From Eledone cirrhosa (lineage: Eukaryota), in NCBI GenBank assembly GCA_964016885.1, contig OZ024762.1:1-64000 (forward strand): DNA of 64,000 nucleotides, in the 5' to 3' direction. Positions within the stretch are counted from its first letter, which is position 1, and every line of letters begins with the position of its first letter. This document shows positions 63,746 through 64,000 of this stretch, piece by piece. The translations under genes were made by a program, and so were the position numbers. The notes below the pieces were generated by a model, which was not told the origin of the DNA, did not search any database, and saw only the letters and a program-made list of their open reading frames with translations.

Positions 63746-64000
63746 TGCATCTATGTGTTTGTATACCTATACGTACGTATGTATGCGCGTCTCTCTGTGT
63801 GTGTTTGTCTATGTCCATATATAGAGGTGTTTAATGGAGAGATGGTGTGGTGTATGTGTGGTATATGTGGTGTATGTGTGTGTGGTGTATGTGTGGTGTG
63901 TGTGTGTGAGTGGACGGCTTGGTTCAGTTAAGCCTCTTCCCAATAGTTAGAGTATATTGAAGTAGATTGTATGAAAGACAAGAAGCGTAAAATAATTAAT

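Overview
AT-rich animal genomic DNA saturated with (TA)n/(CA)n/(CAA)n microsatellites and retroposon debris. The SINE families and repeat landscape look cephalopod (octopus-like); this is an inference. Nearly all long YIYI/VCVC ORFs in the track are microsatellite artefacts. Real content: (1) A ~6 kb palindrome (4234-10238, centre ~7220) carrying two head-to-head, divergently oriented paralogues of a secreted Trp/Arg/Tyr/Pro/Thr-rich tandem-repeat protein that I do not recognise. Each has a signal peptide, a KR site, YTDYPRWGTTP repeats and then 47 or 26 STP[D/N/H]W[R/H][R/W] heptads, plus a TATA+Inr promoter and a 3'UTR intron. (2) A two-exon secreted chitin deacetylase (CBM14 + CE4 domain) on the minus strand, 26705-32551. 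(3) Fragments of CR1, Tx1/L1, RTE, CRE-like and R4/Dong-like LINEs, tRNA-derived SINEs, MITEs, many near-perfect fold-back hairpins and a minimal hammerhead ribozyme. The palindromic W/R-repeat gene pair next to a chitin-modifying enzyme is the best candidate for an undescribed system.
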